From positions 1 to 58,858 of the forward strand of contig JBAQZJ010000088.1 of NCBI GenBank assembly GCA_049790855.1: a DNA stretch of 58,858 bases. The letters are read 5' to 3'. The notes under the pieces are model-generated. The model had not been told where the DNA came from. It worked only from the letters and a program-made list of their open reading frames with translations, and did no database searches. Positions 10,110 to 19,937 of this stretch are shown here, piece after piece; the first letter of the stretch is position 1, and each line of letters begins with the position of its first letter. The DNA is from Planctomycetaceae bacterium. Lineage in GTDB: Bacteria > Planctomycetota > Planctomycetia > Planctomycetales > Planctomycetaceae. Position numbers and translations under genes: made by a program.

Positions 10110-10529
10110 ATGACCAAGATGATTTTCGTGAACCTGCCCGTGACGGACCTCGCCGCGTCGATGGCGTTCTACAAGGCGCTCGGCTTCGTGAACAATCCGA
10201 CTTTCTCGGACGAGACTGGCTCCTGCATGGTCTGGAGCGAGGCGATCCACGTCATGCTGCTCACCCATGCCAAGTGGCGCACGTTCACCGACCGTCCGAT
10301 TCCGCCCGCCAACTCCAGCGAAGTGTCGCTTGCCTTGACGTGCGACAGTCGCGAGGCCGTCGACGCGATGAACGAGACGGCTGCGGCGAATGGCGGCACA
10401 GCCGACGTCAACCCCGTCCAGGAACTCGGCTTTATGTACGGCCGAGACCTGCTGGACCCCGACGGGCACATCTGGGGGCCTTTTTGGATGGACCCCGCCG
10501 CGATTCCCGCAGGCGATCAGGCAGGCTGA
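10110..10529 (+). CDS. VOC-family (glyoxalase/bleomycin-resistance fold) protein
   Basis: MIFVNLPVTDLAASMAFYKALGF...GRDLLDPDGHIWGPFWMDP is typical of small VOC proteins. Confidence 0.8.
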   Translation: MTKMIFVNLPVTDLAASMAFYKALGFVNNPTFSDETGSCMVWSEAIHVMLLTHAKWRTFTDRPIPPANSSEVSLALTCDSREAVDAMNETAAANGGTADVNPVQELGFMYGRDLLDPDGHIWGPFWMDPAAIPAGDQAG

Positions 10530-10542
10530 AAACGCACCAACG

Positions 10543-10571
10543 AAAAAGCCCACCGGCCGCCGCCGGTGGGC
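10543..10571 (-). terminator. Rho-independent terminator downstream of sat
   Basis: Perfect 10-bp stem GCCCACCGGC/GCCGGTGGGC (10548-10557/10562-10571) with a 4-nt loop. Followed on the minus strand by TTTTT (10543-10547). Confidence 0.7.
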
Positions 10572-10580
10572 TTCGCAATC

Positions 10581-10617
10581 TACTACATCCTACTTCCCAT
10601 ATCCCACATCCTACTTC
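10581..10617. repeat. CTACATCC/CCCACATCC-type heptamer-like repeat, a copy outside the prophage
   Basis: tactacatcctacttcccatatcccacatcctacttc. Same motif family as the tracts upstream of the start codons at 36546, 39398 and 42867. Here it overlaps the sat stop codon and 3' UTR. Confidence 0.7.
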
Positions 10618-11870
10618 GCCGCCATCGCCTCGCCGAGAATCTTCGACGTGCTCGGCCGCATGATGCGGGGATCGACCATCTCGCCCTTCTGAAGCGTCGC
10701 GCGGACGTCTTTGCCCGAGATGAACACCGGCTTTTCGTCCTTGTGGTTCTCCATCAGGTCGACGCGGCCGGCCGATTCGTAGTAGGCGGCGAAGCCGACC
10801 TTCACCGGCTGGATTTGCAGGTCGCCGTTCAGCTTGCCGAAGATCTCCTGGGCGTCGAAGTCGCCCCAGATCGCGCTGCCGTCGTGGTAGGGGGCGTCGG
10901 CGTGCTTGCGGCCGATGACGATGTTCGTGTAGCCGAAGTTCTGGCGGTAGATGCTGTGCATCACCGCTTCCTTCGGACCGCCGTAGAACATCTTGATGTC
11001 GGTTCCCAGCAGCACGACCCGATCGGGAACCGCCCCGCCGACCTTGCTCCACAGTTCGGCGTCGCTGTCGCCTTCGCCCAGGCCGCGGTCGGCGATCAGC
11101 CGCTCGTAGGTCTTCATGCGGACGACGGCGTTGACGTCGTCTCCCTTCGTCTCGCCGACGAGCGGGTTGAGCACCGCCCCGGCGTTCTTGCCGCGACGCA
11201 GCAGCTCTTCCAGACCATAGACGAGGGCGTACTCGTGAGCGCGGTGCAGGGGGTTGCGGGTCTGGAAGGCGACGACGGCGTCCCAGCCCTTCGACGCGAC
11301 GAGCTTCCGCGTCTCGCGGGGCGAAAGGACGTACTTGCCGAAGTCGGGGTTCTTCGGCTGCGGCAGGGCGCGGAGCTTGCCGCCGATGAGGTGCGTCTTG
11401 TCGGCGTCGCCCTTCAGGACCATGTCGGCCCCCGGATGGTCGGTGCGGTCGGTGCCGTAAACGCTCTTGATGTATTGCGGCTTGTCCCACTCGAAGACGC
11501 TCTCGACCTCGACGGTGGCGACGACGTCGCCGCCGTTGCTCGTCAGGGCGACCGTCTGGCCTTCTTTGATCTGCTTCGCGAGTTCGGCGGTGACCGGGAA
11601 GGCGAGCGGAATCGTCCAGGCGTACTTTTTCCCGTTCGACTCGATGACGGCTTCGTCGAGAACGCGGTCGTAGACCGCCTTGGTCATCGGCCCGACGAGC
11701 GGGCTGAGCGTGCCGTCGGCGATGCGGTAGACGGTCGACAGATCGGCCGCCGAGACGGGAACCTTGGTCAGCGTCGCGGCCTCGGCCTGAAAGGCGGCGC
11801 GTTCGGCTTCGGGAACGGTGCGGTCGACCGGCTCGGCAAGCCCTCCGTGAACGGGAATCAGATCAGCCAT
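10611..11870 (-). CDS. sat: Sulfate adenylyltransferase (ATP sulfurylase)
   Basis: [14 protein letters not shown] motif and overall ATP-sulfurylase architecture. Homology starts at [10 protein letters not shown] (ATG at 11870). The track ORF extends to 12023 through non-protein-like sequence. Confidence 0.9.
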   Translation of the reverse strand: MADLIPVHGGLAEPVDRTVPEAERAAFQAEAATLTKVPVSAADLSTVYRIADGTLSPLVGPMTKAVYDRVLDEAVIESNGKKYAWTIPLAFPVTAELAKQIKEGQTVALTSNGGDVVATVEVESVFEWDKPQYIKSVYGTDRTDHPGADMVLKGDADKTHLIGGKLRALPQPKNPDFGKYVLSPRETRKLVASKGWDAVVAFQTRNPLHRAHEYALVYGLEELLRRGKNAGAVLNPLVGETKGDDVNAVVRMKTYERLIADRGLGEGDSDAELWSKVGGAVPDRVVLLGTDIKMFYGGPKEAVMHSIYRQNFGYTNIVIGRKHADAPYHDGSAIWGDFDAQEIFGKLNGDLQIQPVKVGFAAYYESAGRVDLMENHKDEKPVFISGKDVRATLQKGEMVDPRIMRPSTSKILGEAMAAK

Positions 11871-12398
11871 GGACGGAACATTTCCTGACAAAAGCCTCGG
11901 GAACGGCCGCGAACCGAGACGCCGCGGCAAAGAACATCGACCGCGACAGTAGGGAAACCGGCCACACGCGTCAAGCGGGGCGACGGAGTCGCCGTCGGAC
12001 GGAATCGCAGAAACGAAGCTCATCGCGGCTCGCTCGGAGAGGGCTTGCGCGCCGTCGCATCGATGCTGCGCTCATCCAGGCTAGAGAAACACGCACGCTC
12101 TTCGAAACACAACACTTATATGACAGGCGTCACAGCGACCTCAAGCTCACGATGCAGACCGACACGACTCCTCGGCTGCTGGAGGTGGCCGGGGCCGTCG
12201 CCGGGCTGCCATCGTTGCCATTCGGCCGCGTCATGTCGCGACGACGGAAAGAGACCGTTGTGGCTGTCGATCCGGGCCAGCTTGCACCAACTTGGTGCAA
12301 GCCAGGGCAGAACGAGGCGGATTCAGGCAGTTTGATGAGGTGTGTGTCATGTCGTGGTGAAAGAGTCTGCCAACGACACGAAAACGCGAAAACCCAAT

Positions 12399-12433
12399 AA
12401 AAAACGCCTCATTTCCAAGTCGGAAATGAGGCG
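12399..12433 (-). terminator. Rho-independent terminator (minus strand)
   Basis: 12-bp perfect stem CGCCTCATTTCC/GGAAATGAGGCG (12405-12416/12422-12433) with loop AAGTC. Followed on the minus strand by TTTTTT (12399-12404). Confidence 0.7.
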
Positions 12434-12796
12434 TCAATCAGTCGGGGCGACAGGCCCTCGTTTGAACCGTTTGCCGGATTTGTTGAGGGGTTCATGAGCG
12501 TTTTCCTGCGATCCACTTCGCCGGATGTGCAGCATCTGACTTGTCTTACGCGGGAAAGGATCGCTTGAGCCGAGCTAGCAAACGGCCGCACCTGGGTTGT
12601 GACGACGCTGCGGGAGCGGTCGCGACTGCTGAAGGTCGGCCGCAAACTGGGCACGCCGTTGCGTAACCTGATGTCGATCGCCAGCGACGAGTTCTTCTGC
12701 GGTTGGGTTCGCTTGGTGGAGGGCAGCGAGAAACTCGACAAGGAGGCATCTGCACCGACACGGAAACCGGGGTCGGCCTCGGACCGCGGAGGAAGT

Positions 12797-12843
12797 CCCT
12801 GCTTTGGTTTTTCACCGATCCAAAGCAGGGAAGAGCATTTTTT
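12797..12843 (+). terminator. Hairpin plus distal T-run (possible plus-strand terminator)
   Basis: CCCTGCTTTGG/CCAAAGCAGGG 11-bp stem (12797-12807/12820-12830). The T6 run at 12838-12843 lies 7 nt after the stem. Confidence 0.35.
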
Positions 12844-12953
12844 GTCCATGTATGGGGTTGACATCGCGTCTTTCACGGGTCATTTTGACCAATCATATCG
12901 GCTGGCGTTGATGCGATTGTCCATTTTGCGACATCGATTCTGACGACGGGCCA

Positions 12954-14564
12954 ATGACAACAAGCGCGATCGCCGAAGACCGAACTGCGGATGTGGTCGG
13001 TCGAGACCCCGAAGCGTCCGGTCCGTCGAGCGGCGGGGCCGACTCTGGTTCCGTCCTGGGCCGTGCTGCTGCTTTCCTCCGCTCTTCGCGGTTCGGTCGT
13101 TTTGCCGTGCCGGCGGCGGTTGTGACGCTGCTGGCGATTCATGCCGGGTTGCTGGCGTATGGCGCGACGCGGCATAGTCCAACGCTCAACGAGCCGGGGC
13201 ACCTCGTCGCCGGCTTGGCGATGTGGGAGTTCGGTCGGTTCGAGGTCTACCGGGTCAATCCGCCGCTGACGCGGCTGATCGCCGCGCTGCCGGTGCTGGC
13301 GGCCGGGTACGAGATGGACTGGAGACGGTTCTACGAGGGGTCAGGTGCCAGACCTGAGTTCGCCCTTGGGGCTGACTTCATCAAAGCCAACGGCGAGCGG
13401 GCGATCTGGTTGTTCACGATCGCTCGCTGGGCCTGCATTCCGATCAGTCTGCTCGGCGGCACGTTCTGCTTCCTCTGGGGGCGGGAGCTGTACGGGACGC
13501 TCGCTGATATGTCCTCTCCACCAATCATTAACGGCCGCTCGGCCTTGGCGCTGTCAACTCATCAGGGCAGTTATCCGCATTCAACGATCAGCTCAGGCGT
13601 CTTTGGGGATTCGCTGGTGCTCGCCTGTCTCTGCCCGCTGACTGTTGTGTCGTTCCCCCGTTGCTGCTGGTGCCTCGCCTTGGCTACTGGCCTCCTGCTT
13701 CCGTTGAATGGTTATTCACAACCACCGACGCCAACGGCCGACCTGGGTGGGCCAACAGCACCGCCGATGCCGACTGCTCCCCGCGAAGATTCTCTCGGAG
13801 TTTCACTACCTTCGCCGTCTCCTGCCACGGACAAACCGGCACCGCCGGTGGCAGATGCGGATGACGGATGGATCTACGCGAACGCGACCGCCGAAGATCT
13901 GGTGCGCCAGGCCAGGCATTATGATCCGATGTTTACACGGCAGGAACAACACGACAGGGACAAGGCCGTCGGTCTCTACAAACAGGCGATAGAAGCTCAG
14001 CCGGGGGCGAAGGTGAACGCGGCCTTGGCGAACCGCATCGCTCAGTTATATGCGTTTTACGAGAACCGTAAGAAGGGGATTCGTCCCGATCCCGACCAAG
14101 CGGCGATGTGGTGGAAGCGGTGCCTGGAGTCGACAGACACCACTCAGCTTCTCTGGGCACAAGCTCAAATGGGCCTCGCCAGCACCGGTGTCATGCGCCA
14201 AACTCCGGAATCATCGCTGTCGCCGCTGAATGAGATCTTGAAGCTCGACCCGATCAAGATCAAGTTGGACAACTGGAAGGAGAGTTCATACGAAAGCTCG
14301 CAGTGGCATCGACAGGAGCTGGAACGGCTTCGACAGGAACTTCGAGACCTCCAGGTCAACGTGCGGGATGACGCGGTTCCCTATGCGGAACGACTCGCTG
14401 CCGCGAAGAAAAAACAGCTTGCCCAGGCGCGCGCGACAGCACCTGCGTGGTCCGACGGCAGGGCGATCTTGATCGGACTGAACCTCGTGTTCGTGTTGGT
14501 CGTAGGCGGCTTGGTGGCGATGGCCCGATACCGAAAGTCCCGGAAGCGGACGTCCGTTTCCTGA
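12954..14564 (+). CDS. Chimeric ORF: N-terminal ~180 aa GT-C glycosyltransferase fragment read through into an unrelated Pro-rich/TPR-like/coiled-coil protein with a C-terminal TM anchor
   Basis: Residues ~70-181 (NEPGHLVAGLAMWEF...VNPPLTRLIAALPVLAAG...RWACIPISLLGGTFCFLWGRELYG) parallel the N-terminus of the full-length GT-C protein at 17162..19027. Similarity stops after RELYG (~nt 13500), where base composition also drops. A signal-peptide-like CCWCLALATGLLLPLNGYSQ follows, so an independent gene may start near 13620. Confidence 0.5.
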   Translation: MTTSAIAEDRTADVVGRDPEASGPSSGGADSGSVLGRAAAFLRSSRFGRFAVPAAVVTLLAIHAGLLAYGATRHSPTLNEPGHLVAGLAMWEFGRFEVYRVNPPLTRLIAALPVLAAGYEMDWRRFYEGSGARPEFALGADFIKANGERAIWLFTIARWACIPISLLGGTFCFLWGRELYGTLADMSSPPIINGRSALALSTHQGSYPHSTISSGVFGDSLVLACLCPLTVVSFPRCCWCLALATGLLLPLNGYSQPPTPTADLGGPTAPPMPTAPREDSLGVSLPSPSPATDKPAPPVADADDGWIYANATAEDLVRQARHYDPMFTRQEQHDRDKAVGLYKQAIEAQPGAKVNAALANRIAQLYAFYENRKKGIRPDPDQAAMWWKRCLESTDTTQLLWAQAQMGLASTGVMRQTPESSLSPLNEILKLDPIKIKLDNWKESSYESSQWHRQELERLRQELRDLQVNVRDDAVPYAERLAAAKKKQLAQARATAPAWSDGRAILIGLNLVFVLVVGGLVAMARYRKSRKRTSVS

Positions 14565-14587
14565 TTTCTCACTGACTCGGAGGCGGC

Positions 14588-16111
14588 GTGATGTTTGACA
14601 AAAACGATTCTTTGGCAAGCCGTTTCATGCGGCGGGGATCTCTTTTGTTGTTCGCATTGTCGGTCGGTTCCCTCTGCCCGCATGCGGCTGCGGAAGAGTA
14701 CGACGCACACACGCCCATCACCGACGTCGTGATGCAGAACCCGACCGAGGACGAAGTCTGGCTGATCGACTCGCCTCATACGCTGACCTGCTCAACATCG
14801 ACGGACACCGACCGGAAGCGGCCGAGCGAGGAAGATCCCTGGGAAGACGTCGGCGATTCCGTGACGCATTTCTGGTCCGCGACTGGTGGTCAATTCAAGA
14901 ACAACGATAACGTTGGCACGAGCGTCGAGTACATCTGCTCGCACGTCGCAGACTTTTACGGCATCACCGTCTATGCCGACGACGACTACGCGCCGGATAA
15001 CGACCCCGTCGTCGATGAGGATGCAAAATCCGATTCCGAGACTATTCAGGTCGTGGGGCTGGAAGTCTTCAGCGTCGGTTTCACCGCCGACCATTCTCTC
15101 AAGAAGACCCCTACTCCCGATCCTTGGGCCGACGGGGCGGCGGCCATCACCGATCCGATCTGGATCCTGGGCGGTACGGACAATGCCGCGACGAACCACG
15201 TATGCTGGACAAAGGGCGAAGGCGGTGATACGGCGACGGTCAAGGCCCGCGTCTCTAAGGCTTTGACTGAAGAGGCTTCGTTCCAGTTGGGGGGCACGGG
15301 GACCGGGACTTGGAATTGGGGGAACTGCTCGATCGGGTCAGGCTCGACCGAGTCATCGGAGGCGACTTGTACTCATGTCCAAGACTGGATCGACAAGGTG
15401 AGCAAGGGCGGCCTCACGTGCAACTGGCAATTCAAATATCCCACCGGTGCCAACGTTCAGAGAAGCCTTAATTCGAGCAGTCACTCTGTCTATCTGACAT
15501 ACGGAACCCCTGCGGGCAGCGATGTCACCGTAAAGCGGATCGACTTCGTCTGCGGCGCTGCCAATGGCCTGTCGGGTTTGGGCGAATGCGCTGATGCTGT
15601 GTTCGGTCAGCTGAACGGATCGTTTGACCTTGAAAGCGAAAATTGGGGGCCTGACCCGGTTTGGCTGCTCCACAACCCGCCGGGGACAGAGACCAGCCAA
15701 TGTCCCGGTCTGGCGTTTTTTGTCTCGAAACATTTTGAGATGCTCGGCTTGGGCGCAGGTGAAATCCGCTACTGTCACGCAACCGCTGCGGGGGGATATG
15801 CCGCACCTCTAAATTTTACAGTTCCCACTCGAACGATCGGAGCCGAGCATCCTGCCGGAACAGCTCACAATGACCATTCGTTGGAGGAAGAGATCGGTCA
15901 TGTTGACGGTAACGGAGGAATTAACAATTTCGAAGCGACCTGCTTTTTCAATGGCAAACATTACGCGTTGGGGGTGGGTGCCTTTTCCACAGCGAAAGAG
16001 GTCGTAAAAACGGCTTTTACTGTGGGCGGCGTGCTTCAGATTTACTGGTTCTATAGCGACGCGTCAGGGTGGGAAAAATGCACCGAGGCACCATGGGTTG
16101 AGGCTCCCTAG
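14588..16111 (+). CDS. Hypothetical secreted protein (507 aa)
   Basis: Signal peptide (LLLFALSVGSLCPHAAA). No family recognised. A weak Cys...His pattern (SQCPGLAFFVSKHF ... GHVDGNGG) hints at a papain/transglutaminase-like fold but is unsupported. Confidence 0.55.
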   Translation: MMFDKNDSLASRFMRRGSLLLFALSVGSLCPHAAAEEYDAHTPITDVVMQNPTEDEVWLIDSPHTLTCSTSTDTDRKRPSEEDPWEDVGDSVTHFWSATGGQFKNNDNVGTSVEYICSHVADFYGITVYADDDYAPDNDPVVDEDAKSDSETIQVVGLEVFSVGFTADHSLKKTPTPDPWADGAAAITDPIWILGGTDNAATNHVCWTKGEGGDTATVKARVSKALTEEASFQLGGTGTGTWNWGNCSIGSGSTESSEATCTHVQDWIDKVSKGGLTCNWQFKYPTGANVQRSLNSSSHSVYLTYGTPAGSDVTVKRIDFVCGAANGLSGLGECADAVFGQLNGSFDLESENWGPDPVWLLHNPPGTETSQCPGLAFFVSKHFEMLGLGAGEIRYCHATAAGGYAAPLNFTVPTRTIGAEHPAGTAHNDHSLEEEIGHVDGNGGINNFEATCFFNGKHYALGVGAFSTAKEVVKTAFTVGGVLQIYWFYSDASGWEKCTEAPWVEAP

Positions 16112-16213
16112 TTCAAAGTCGGCGACCTTTTATCCGAACCGGAAAAGTACCGGAAGGATATTAAAAACGCCCATTGGCAGGCGCAACTGGCAAAAACTGC
16201 AGCATCAACTCGT

Positions 16214-17095
16214 ATGGACAGGACAACGATAGGGAATCAGCTCATGCGAATTCACGCACTCGCGACGGTCAGCTATTTGTGGTTCATTTCGGTGGCTGCA
16301 TCCGCTCAGTTGCCTGATGGGAAACCCAAGGAGCCGACGACGCTCAAGGAAGCGATTCCGCCGTCTGCGTACAATCTGTTTCAGTGGCCGAACGAAAGCG
16401 TATTCAAAGGAGAGAAGAGCGTCGATCCGGGCGATCAGGCGGTCGCCTATGTCAAGGAGGGATCCAGGGGATGGATGCGGTACGTTCTGGATCCGGAATG
16501 GCTACCTCCGGCAGACGGCGCGATGGCATTTCTGCGTGACGAATTCGGCAAGACGGACACGAGCAGAATCGCCTGGGAGCACGACGGCTATCGCATCGAG
16601 ATGTCGCAGACGAGGTGCGTGATGACGATCAAATTGACCCCGCCGGGCGACGAGGACACCGGAACCGCTCCAAAGGAACGATTGGAGTACGCGCGTGACT
16701 TGGCCGTCAAACTATTTACTGATGACTTCGTAATGCGCGATTCTCAGGGGGAGCGTATTCCGATTTCCAATCTGAAAGAGGAGATTGCTTTGGTCTCGTT
16801 CAACTTTGATGACATCAAGCTACTGCGCACGGACAAGGTCGTCATCGGAAGGCCGCGTGCGAGGGCACGAGAGGAAGATGCGACGTCCGATCCCGCGGGG
16901 CCGATTGAGATTCCTGAGGATGCCGACAGGGAGATGGTCTCGCAACTGGCGCAGGACCATTGGTTTCGCAACATTCGATGGTGGAACGACGGACAGTCGG
17001 TCGGGTTCTACTTCCTTCGACAGGAAGGGATTGAAATGGCTAAAATCTCCTATGGCAGTCGGCTGAACAATCGGTGGATCAAGGAAAGCGAGTAG
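16214..17095 (+). CDS. Hypothetical secreted protein (293 aa)
   Basis: Signal peptide (MRIHALATVSYLWFISVAASAQ; the start may be 16244). No family recognised. Confidence 0.5.
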   Translation: MDRTTIGNQLMRIHALATVSYLWFISVAASAQLPDGKPKEPTTLKEAIPPSAYNLFQWPNESVFKGEKSVDPGDQAVAYVKEGSRGWMRYVLDPEWLPPADGAMAFLRDEFGKTDTSRIAWEHDGYRIEMSQTRCVMTIKLTPPGDEDTGTAPKERLEYARDLAVKLFTDDFVMRDSQGERIPISNLKEEIALVSFNFDDIKLLRTDKVVIGRPRARAREEDATSDPAGPIEIPEDADREMVSQLAQDHWFRNIRWWNDGQSVGFYFLRQEGIEMAKISYGSRLNNRWIKESE

Positions 17096-17161
17096 GCATC
17101 ATTTCGCGCTTTCATGAACCTCTCTTTTTCCACAGATACGACACTTTACCGGAACACTTGA

Positions 17162-19027
17162 GTGGCAGGCGTCGCCGAGATGGCAAATGACCGGCACGCA
17201 GTTCGCCTGCGGCTGACATTTATATGCGCCGGATTGCTGTCGGTGCAGGTGGTTTTGTTATTACATATCGGTTGGGCGATGAGCATCACGCCGACCGAGG
17301 TCGGGCATCTGGGTGCCACGGTCTATTGGTGGCATTCCTTCGCGAACGACGTCTATTGCGCCAATCCTCCCCTGACGCACGTCGTCTCCGGCCTGCCGGT
17401 CGTCTTGACCGGGGCGGCTTACGACGGCAGCGGATACTCGGCTCTCCCCTATGATCGACCGGAGTGGCCGATGGGCCGTGCGTTTCTCGATCAAAACAGC
17501 ATGGCGACGAATCGCTGGTGCGTTGCCTTGGCACGCTGGTCGTTGATTCCCTTCGTTTCTCTAGGAGGATACTTCGGGTGGCGACTGAGCCGCGAATTGT
17601 ATGGTGATGCGTCCTCGCTTGTCTTCCTTGCCCTGTGGTGCTTCTCCCCCTGGATTCTCGGGTGGGGGGGCACGATGTGTCCCGACGTCACTGCAGCATC
17701 ACTGGGGATTCTGTCGATCTATACCCTTCGACAATGGTTGAGGAAGCCCACCTGGACGAACGTCGCGGTTGCCGGCGCGTGCTTGGGACTGGCGAATCTG
17801 TCGAAGCTGACGTGGCTTATCGCATTTGCGGTGTGGCCATTTATTTGGTTACTCTGGACGTTTCCGCACAGCCGTGTCCCTAAGTCGCCAGCCGGCTCGG
17901 CCGGCTCCTTCGGGCAGATGCTAGCAGTCCTGTGCATCGGTCTTTATGTCGTCAACGTCGGCTACATGTTTGAGGGAACGCTGCGGCCTCTGAAAGACTA
18001 TGTATTTGTAAGTTCGCTCCTTCGCGGCGAGCCGCTGGCAGACGTTGGTCATGAGCCGGCAACGGGAAACCGTTTCGACGACACCTGGCTTGGAAACCTT
18101 CCGGTACCCTTGCCGGCAGCACACGTACAGGGTATCGACATACAGCGTTACGATTTCGAGAAAGGAAGGTGGTCGTATCTGCGAGGCGAGTGGCGCACGA
18201 AAGGCTGGTGGTACTATTATTTGTACGCGCTGGCCGTCAAGACGCCGACCGGAGTCTGGCTGCTTCTGGTGATGTCCGTAGTATATGCGGTGACGTCCTG
18301 CAGCGCTTCTGCGAATTGGCGCGACGAACTGATCATCCTGGTTCCGATGGTTGCTGTTCTCGTTCTTGTGAGCAGTCAGGCTGGTTTTTCAGCTCACCCT
18401 CGGTATGTGATACCGATACTGCCGTTTTTGTTCATTTGGATCAGCAATATAGCTCGTGTTTTCCAGATGTCGTTCGACATCAGAATCTCCGCTGCTCTGA
18501 GGGCGACTGTGATAATTGGCGTTGTCTGGGCGGTGGGCAGTAGCATGTCGGTCTATCCGCACAGCCTCTCCTACTACAACGAACTGGTGGGCGGTCCCGC
18601 CAACGGACCGAAGCATCTGCTGGGAAGTGCCACTGACTGGGGGCAGGATCTATTCTACTTGGAAGACTGGTGTGGACGAAATCCCGAGGCCCGCCCGTTG
18701 TACGTCGCTTACCGGGGCGGGTACCGGCTGGACGACACTGCGATCGAGTCGGCAGGGCTACCTCCGAGCATGGCGGCAAGTCATGGCGCCAATGGGGGGA
18801 CGAAAACCCTTTTGAAGCCGGGTTGGTATGCGTTGAGCGTCAACGACGTTTATGGACACGAGGACGATTATCAGTATTTCCAACGACTACACCCTGAAGC
18901 AATGGCGGGTTACTCGATATATATTTACGAGGTGGGCCGGACGAAGCTGAGGAAGTCAGGGAACGGCTTCCATCAAAAGAGCAATACAGTGTCCGCCATC
19001 GATCGGCCGCCCAGTTTAATACACTGA
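17162..19027 (+). CDS. GT-C fold membrane glycosyltransferase (family 39/83, PMT_2/ArnT-like)
   Basis: Ten or more hydrophobic segments. N-terminal loop TPTEVGHLGA...ANPPLTHVVSGLPVVL...RWSLIPFVSLGGYFGWRLSRELYG matches the fragment at 12954. Non-ATG start at 17162, alternative Met at 17180. Confidence 0.7.
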   Translation: MAGVAEMANDRHAVRLRLTFICAGLLSVQVVLLLHIGWAMSITPTEVGHLGATVYWWHSFANDVYCANPPLTHVVSGLPVVLTGAAYDGSGYSALPYDRPEWPMGRAFLDQNSMATNRWCVALARWSLIPFVSLGGYFGWRLSRELYGDASSLVFLALWCFSPWILGWGGTMCPDVTAASLGILSIYTLRQWLRKPTWTNVAVAGACLGLANLSKLTWLIAFAVWPFIWLLWTFPHSRVPKSPAGSAGSFGQMLAVLCIGLYVVNVGYMFEGTLRPLKDYVFVSSLLRGEPLADVGHEPATGNRFDDTWLGNLPVPLPAAHVQGIDIQRYDFEKGRWSYLRGEWRTKGWWYYYLYALAVKTPTGVWLLLVMSVVYAVTSCSASANWRDELIILVPMVAVLVLVSSQAGFSAHPRYVIPILPFLFIWISNIARVFQMSFDIRISAALRATVIIGVVWAVGSSMSVYPHSLSYYNELVGGPANGPKHLLGSATDWGQDLFYLEDWCGRNPEARPLYVAYRGGYRLDDTAIESAGLPPSMAASHGANGGTKTLLKPGWYALSVNDVYGHEDDYQYFQRLHPEAMAGYSIYIYEVGRTKLRKSGNGFHQKSNTVSAIDRPPSLIH

Positions 19028-19074
19028 TGTCGAGTCACAAGGGCAATGACTAACACTACAGAGAGTTCCTAGAG

Positions 19075-19854
19075 ATGCGACAAGACACGAGCAACGCGAC
19101 TATACCCAGCGGCAAACTTCAGCGATCGACAAGGATATTTCTGCCGAAGGCCGTTTGCGACGCCGGATTCTCTCTGATCGAGATGCTTGTCGTCTTGGGG
19201 ATCATCGGCGTGCTGCTCGCTTTGATCCTTCCGGGGATCTCGTATGTCCGGCAGCGGGCACGGGTCACGGACTGCGCGAATCGGCTGCATCAGATCGGGG
19301 TGGCACTGCAGACGCATCAGTCGCTTCATGGAGCGCTGCCTGCGGACGGAGAGAACGGTTACGGCTACGGCGTGTACCTGCTGCCCCATTTGGAGCAGTC
19401 AGCCTTGTACGACCAGGTCAGTCCGCAAAGCGCCAAATTCTCGAACGCGACGCCGAGCCAATTGAACGCAGGCAAAACAAAGCTGGAAGTCTTCCTTTGC
19501 CCCAACTTTGCAAAGGCGAAAGAGTGGCAACTAAAACCGTCTGGGTTTGCCCGTTCAAGCTATCCCGGCAACATTGAGCTTTTGGGAGACGGGATCGATC
19601 TGGCGAATGTGCTCGATGGCGAAAGCATGACGATTGTCGCGGGAGAGACGACCGATGATCGAAGCTGGATCGAGCCAAATACGGCGGCAGTCGCAGGCGG
19701 ACCCAACTCCGGCCCGTTTTCCAGCCGTCACCCATCTGGAGCGAACTTTGTGTTGTGCGACGGATCAGTCAGATTCATAACGGACACTGTCGATCCGGTA
19801 ACGTTTACAGCCTTAGGAACACCGAACGGCGGCGATGTTGTGGGGGAGTTCTGA
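19075..19854 (+). CDS. DUF1559-family protein with prepilin-type N-terminus (short form)
   Basis: GFSLIEMLVVLGIIGVLLALILP... and C-terminal HPSGANFVLCDGSVRFI. Confidence 0.8.
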   Translation: MRQDTSNATIPSGKLQRSTRIFLPKAVCDAGFSLIEMLVVLGIIGVLLALILPGISYVRQRARVTDCANRLHQIGVALQTHQSLHGALPADGENGYGYGVYLLPHLEQSALYDQVSPQSAKFSNATPSQLNAGKTKLEVFLCPNFAKAKEWQLKPSGFARSSYPGNIELLGDGIDLANVLDGESMTIVAGETTDDRSWIEPNTAAVAGGPNSGPFSSRHPSGANFVLCDGSVRFITDTVDPVTFTALGTPNGGDVVGEF

Positions 19855-19937
19855 TGCGGGATTCCGATGTCTTGTCGAATGACTGTTTCGATTAACCTCC
19901 GACATAACGCGGGTGTGATGCAGACGGGAGTTGCGAA

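Noticed and set aside
10432-11888. 352-aa (minus) and 440-aa (plus) ORFs overlapping sat
   Set aside because: They are alternative or antisense frames of the clearly recognisable ATP sulfurylase, with Arg-rich translations.
12152-12400. 82-aa plus-strand ORF ending just before the 12405 hairpin
   Set aside because: Composition degrades in the second half, there are no motifs, and the adjacent terminator has its U-tract on the opposite strand. It is kept only as a low-probability alternative in the sRNA finding.
12434-12870. Possible tmRNA or RNase P RNA (GGGGCGACAGG... on plus; ...GCTGCCCTCCACCA on minus; GGAGGAAGTCCC resembling the RNase P P4 box)
   Set aside because: No matching acceptor-stem partner, no T-arm GGTTCGA-type loop and no tag-ORF context were found. 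None of the other RNase P conserved blocks (GGGUGAAA, ACAGAACCCGGCUUA) is present. The resemblances are short and isolated.
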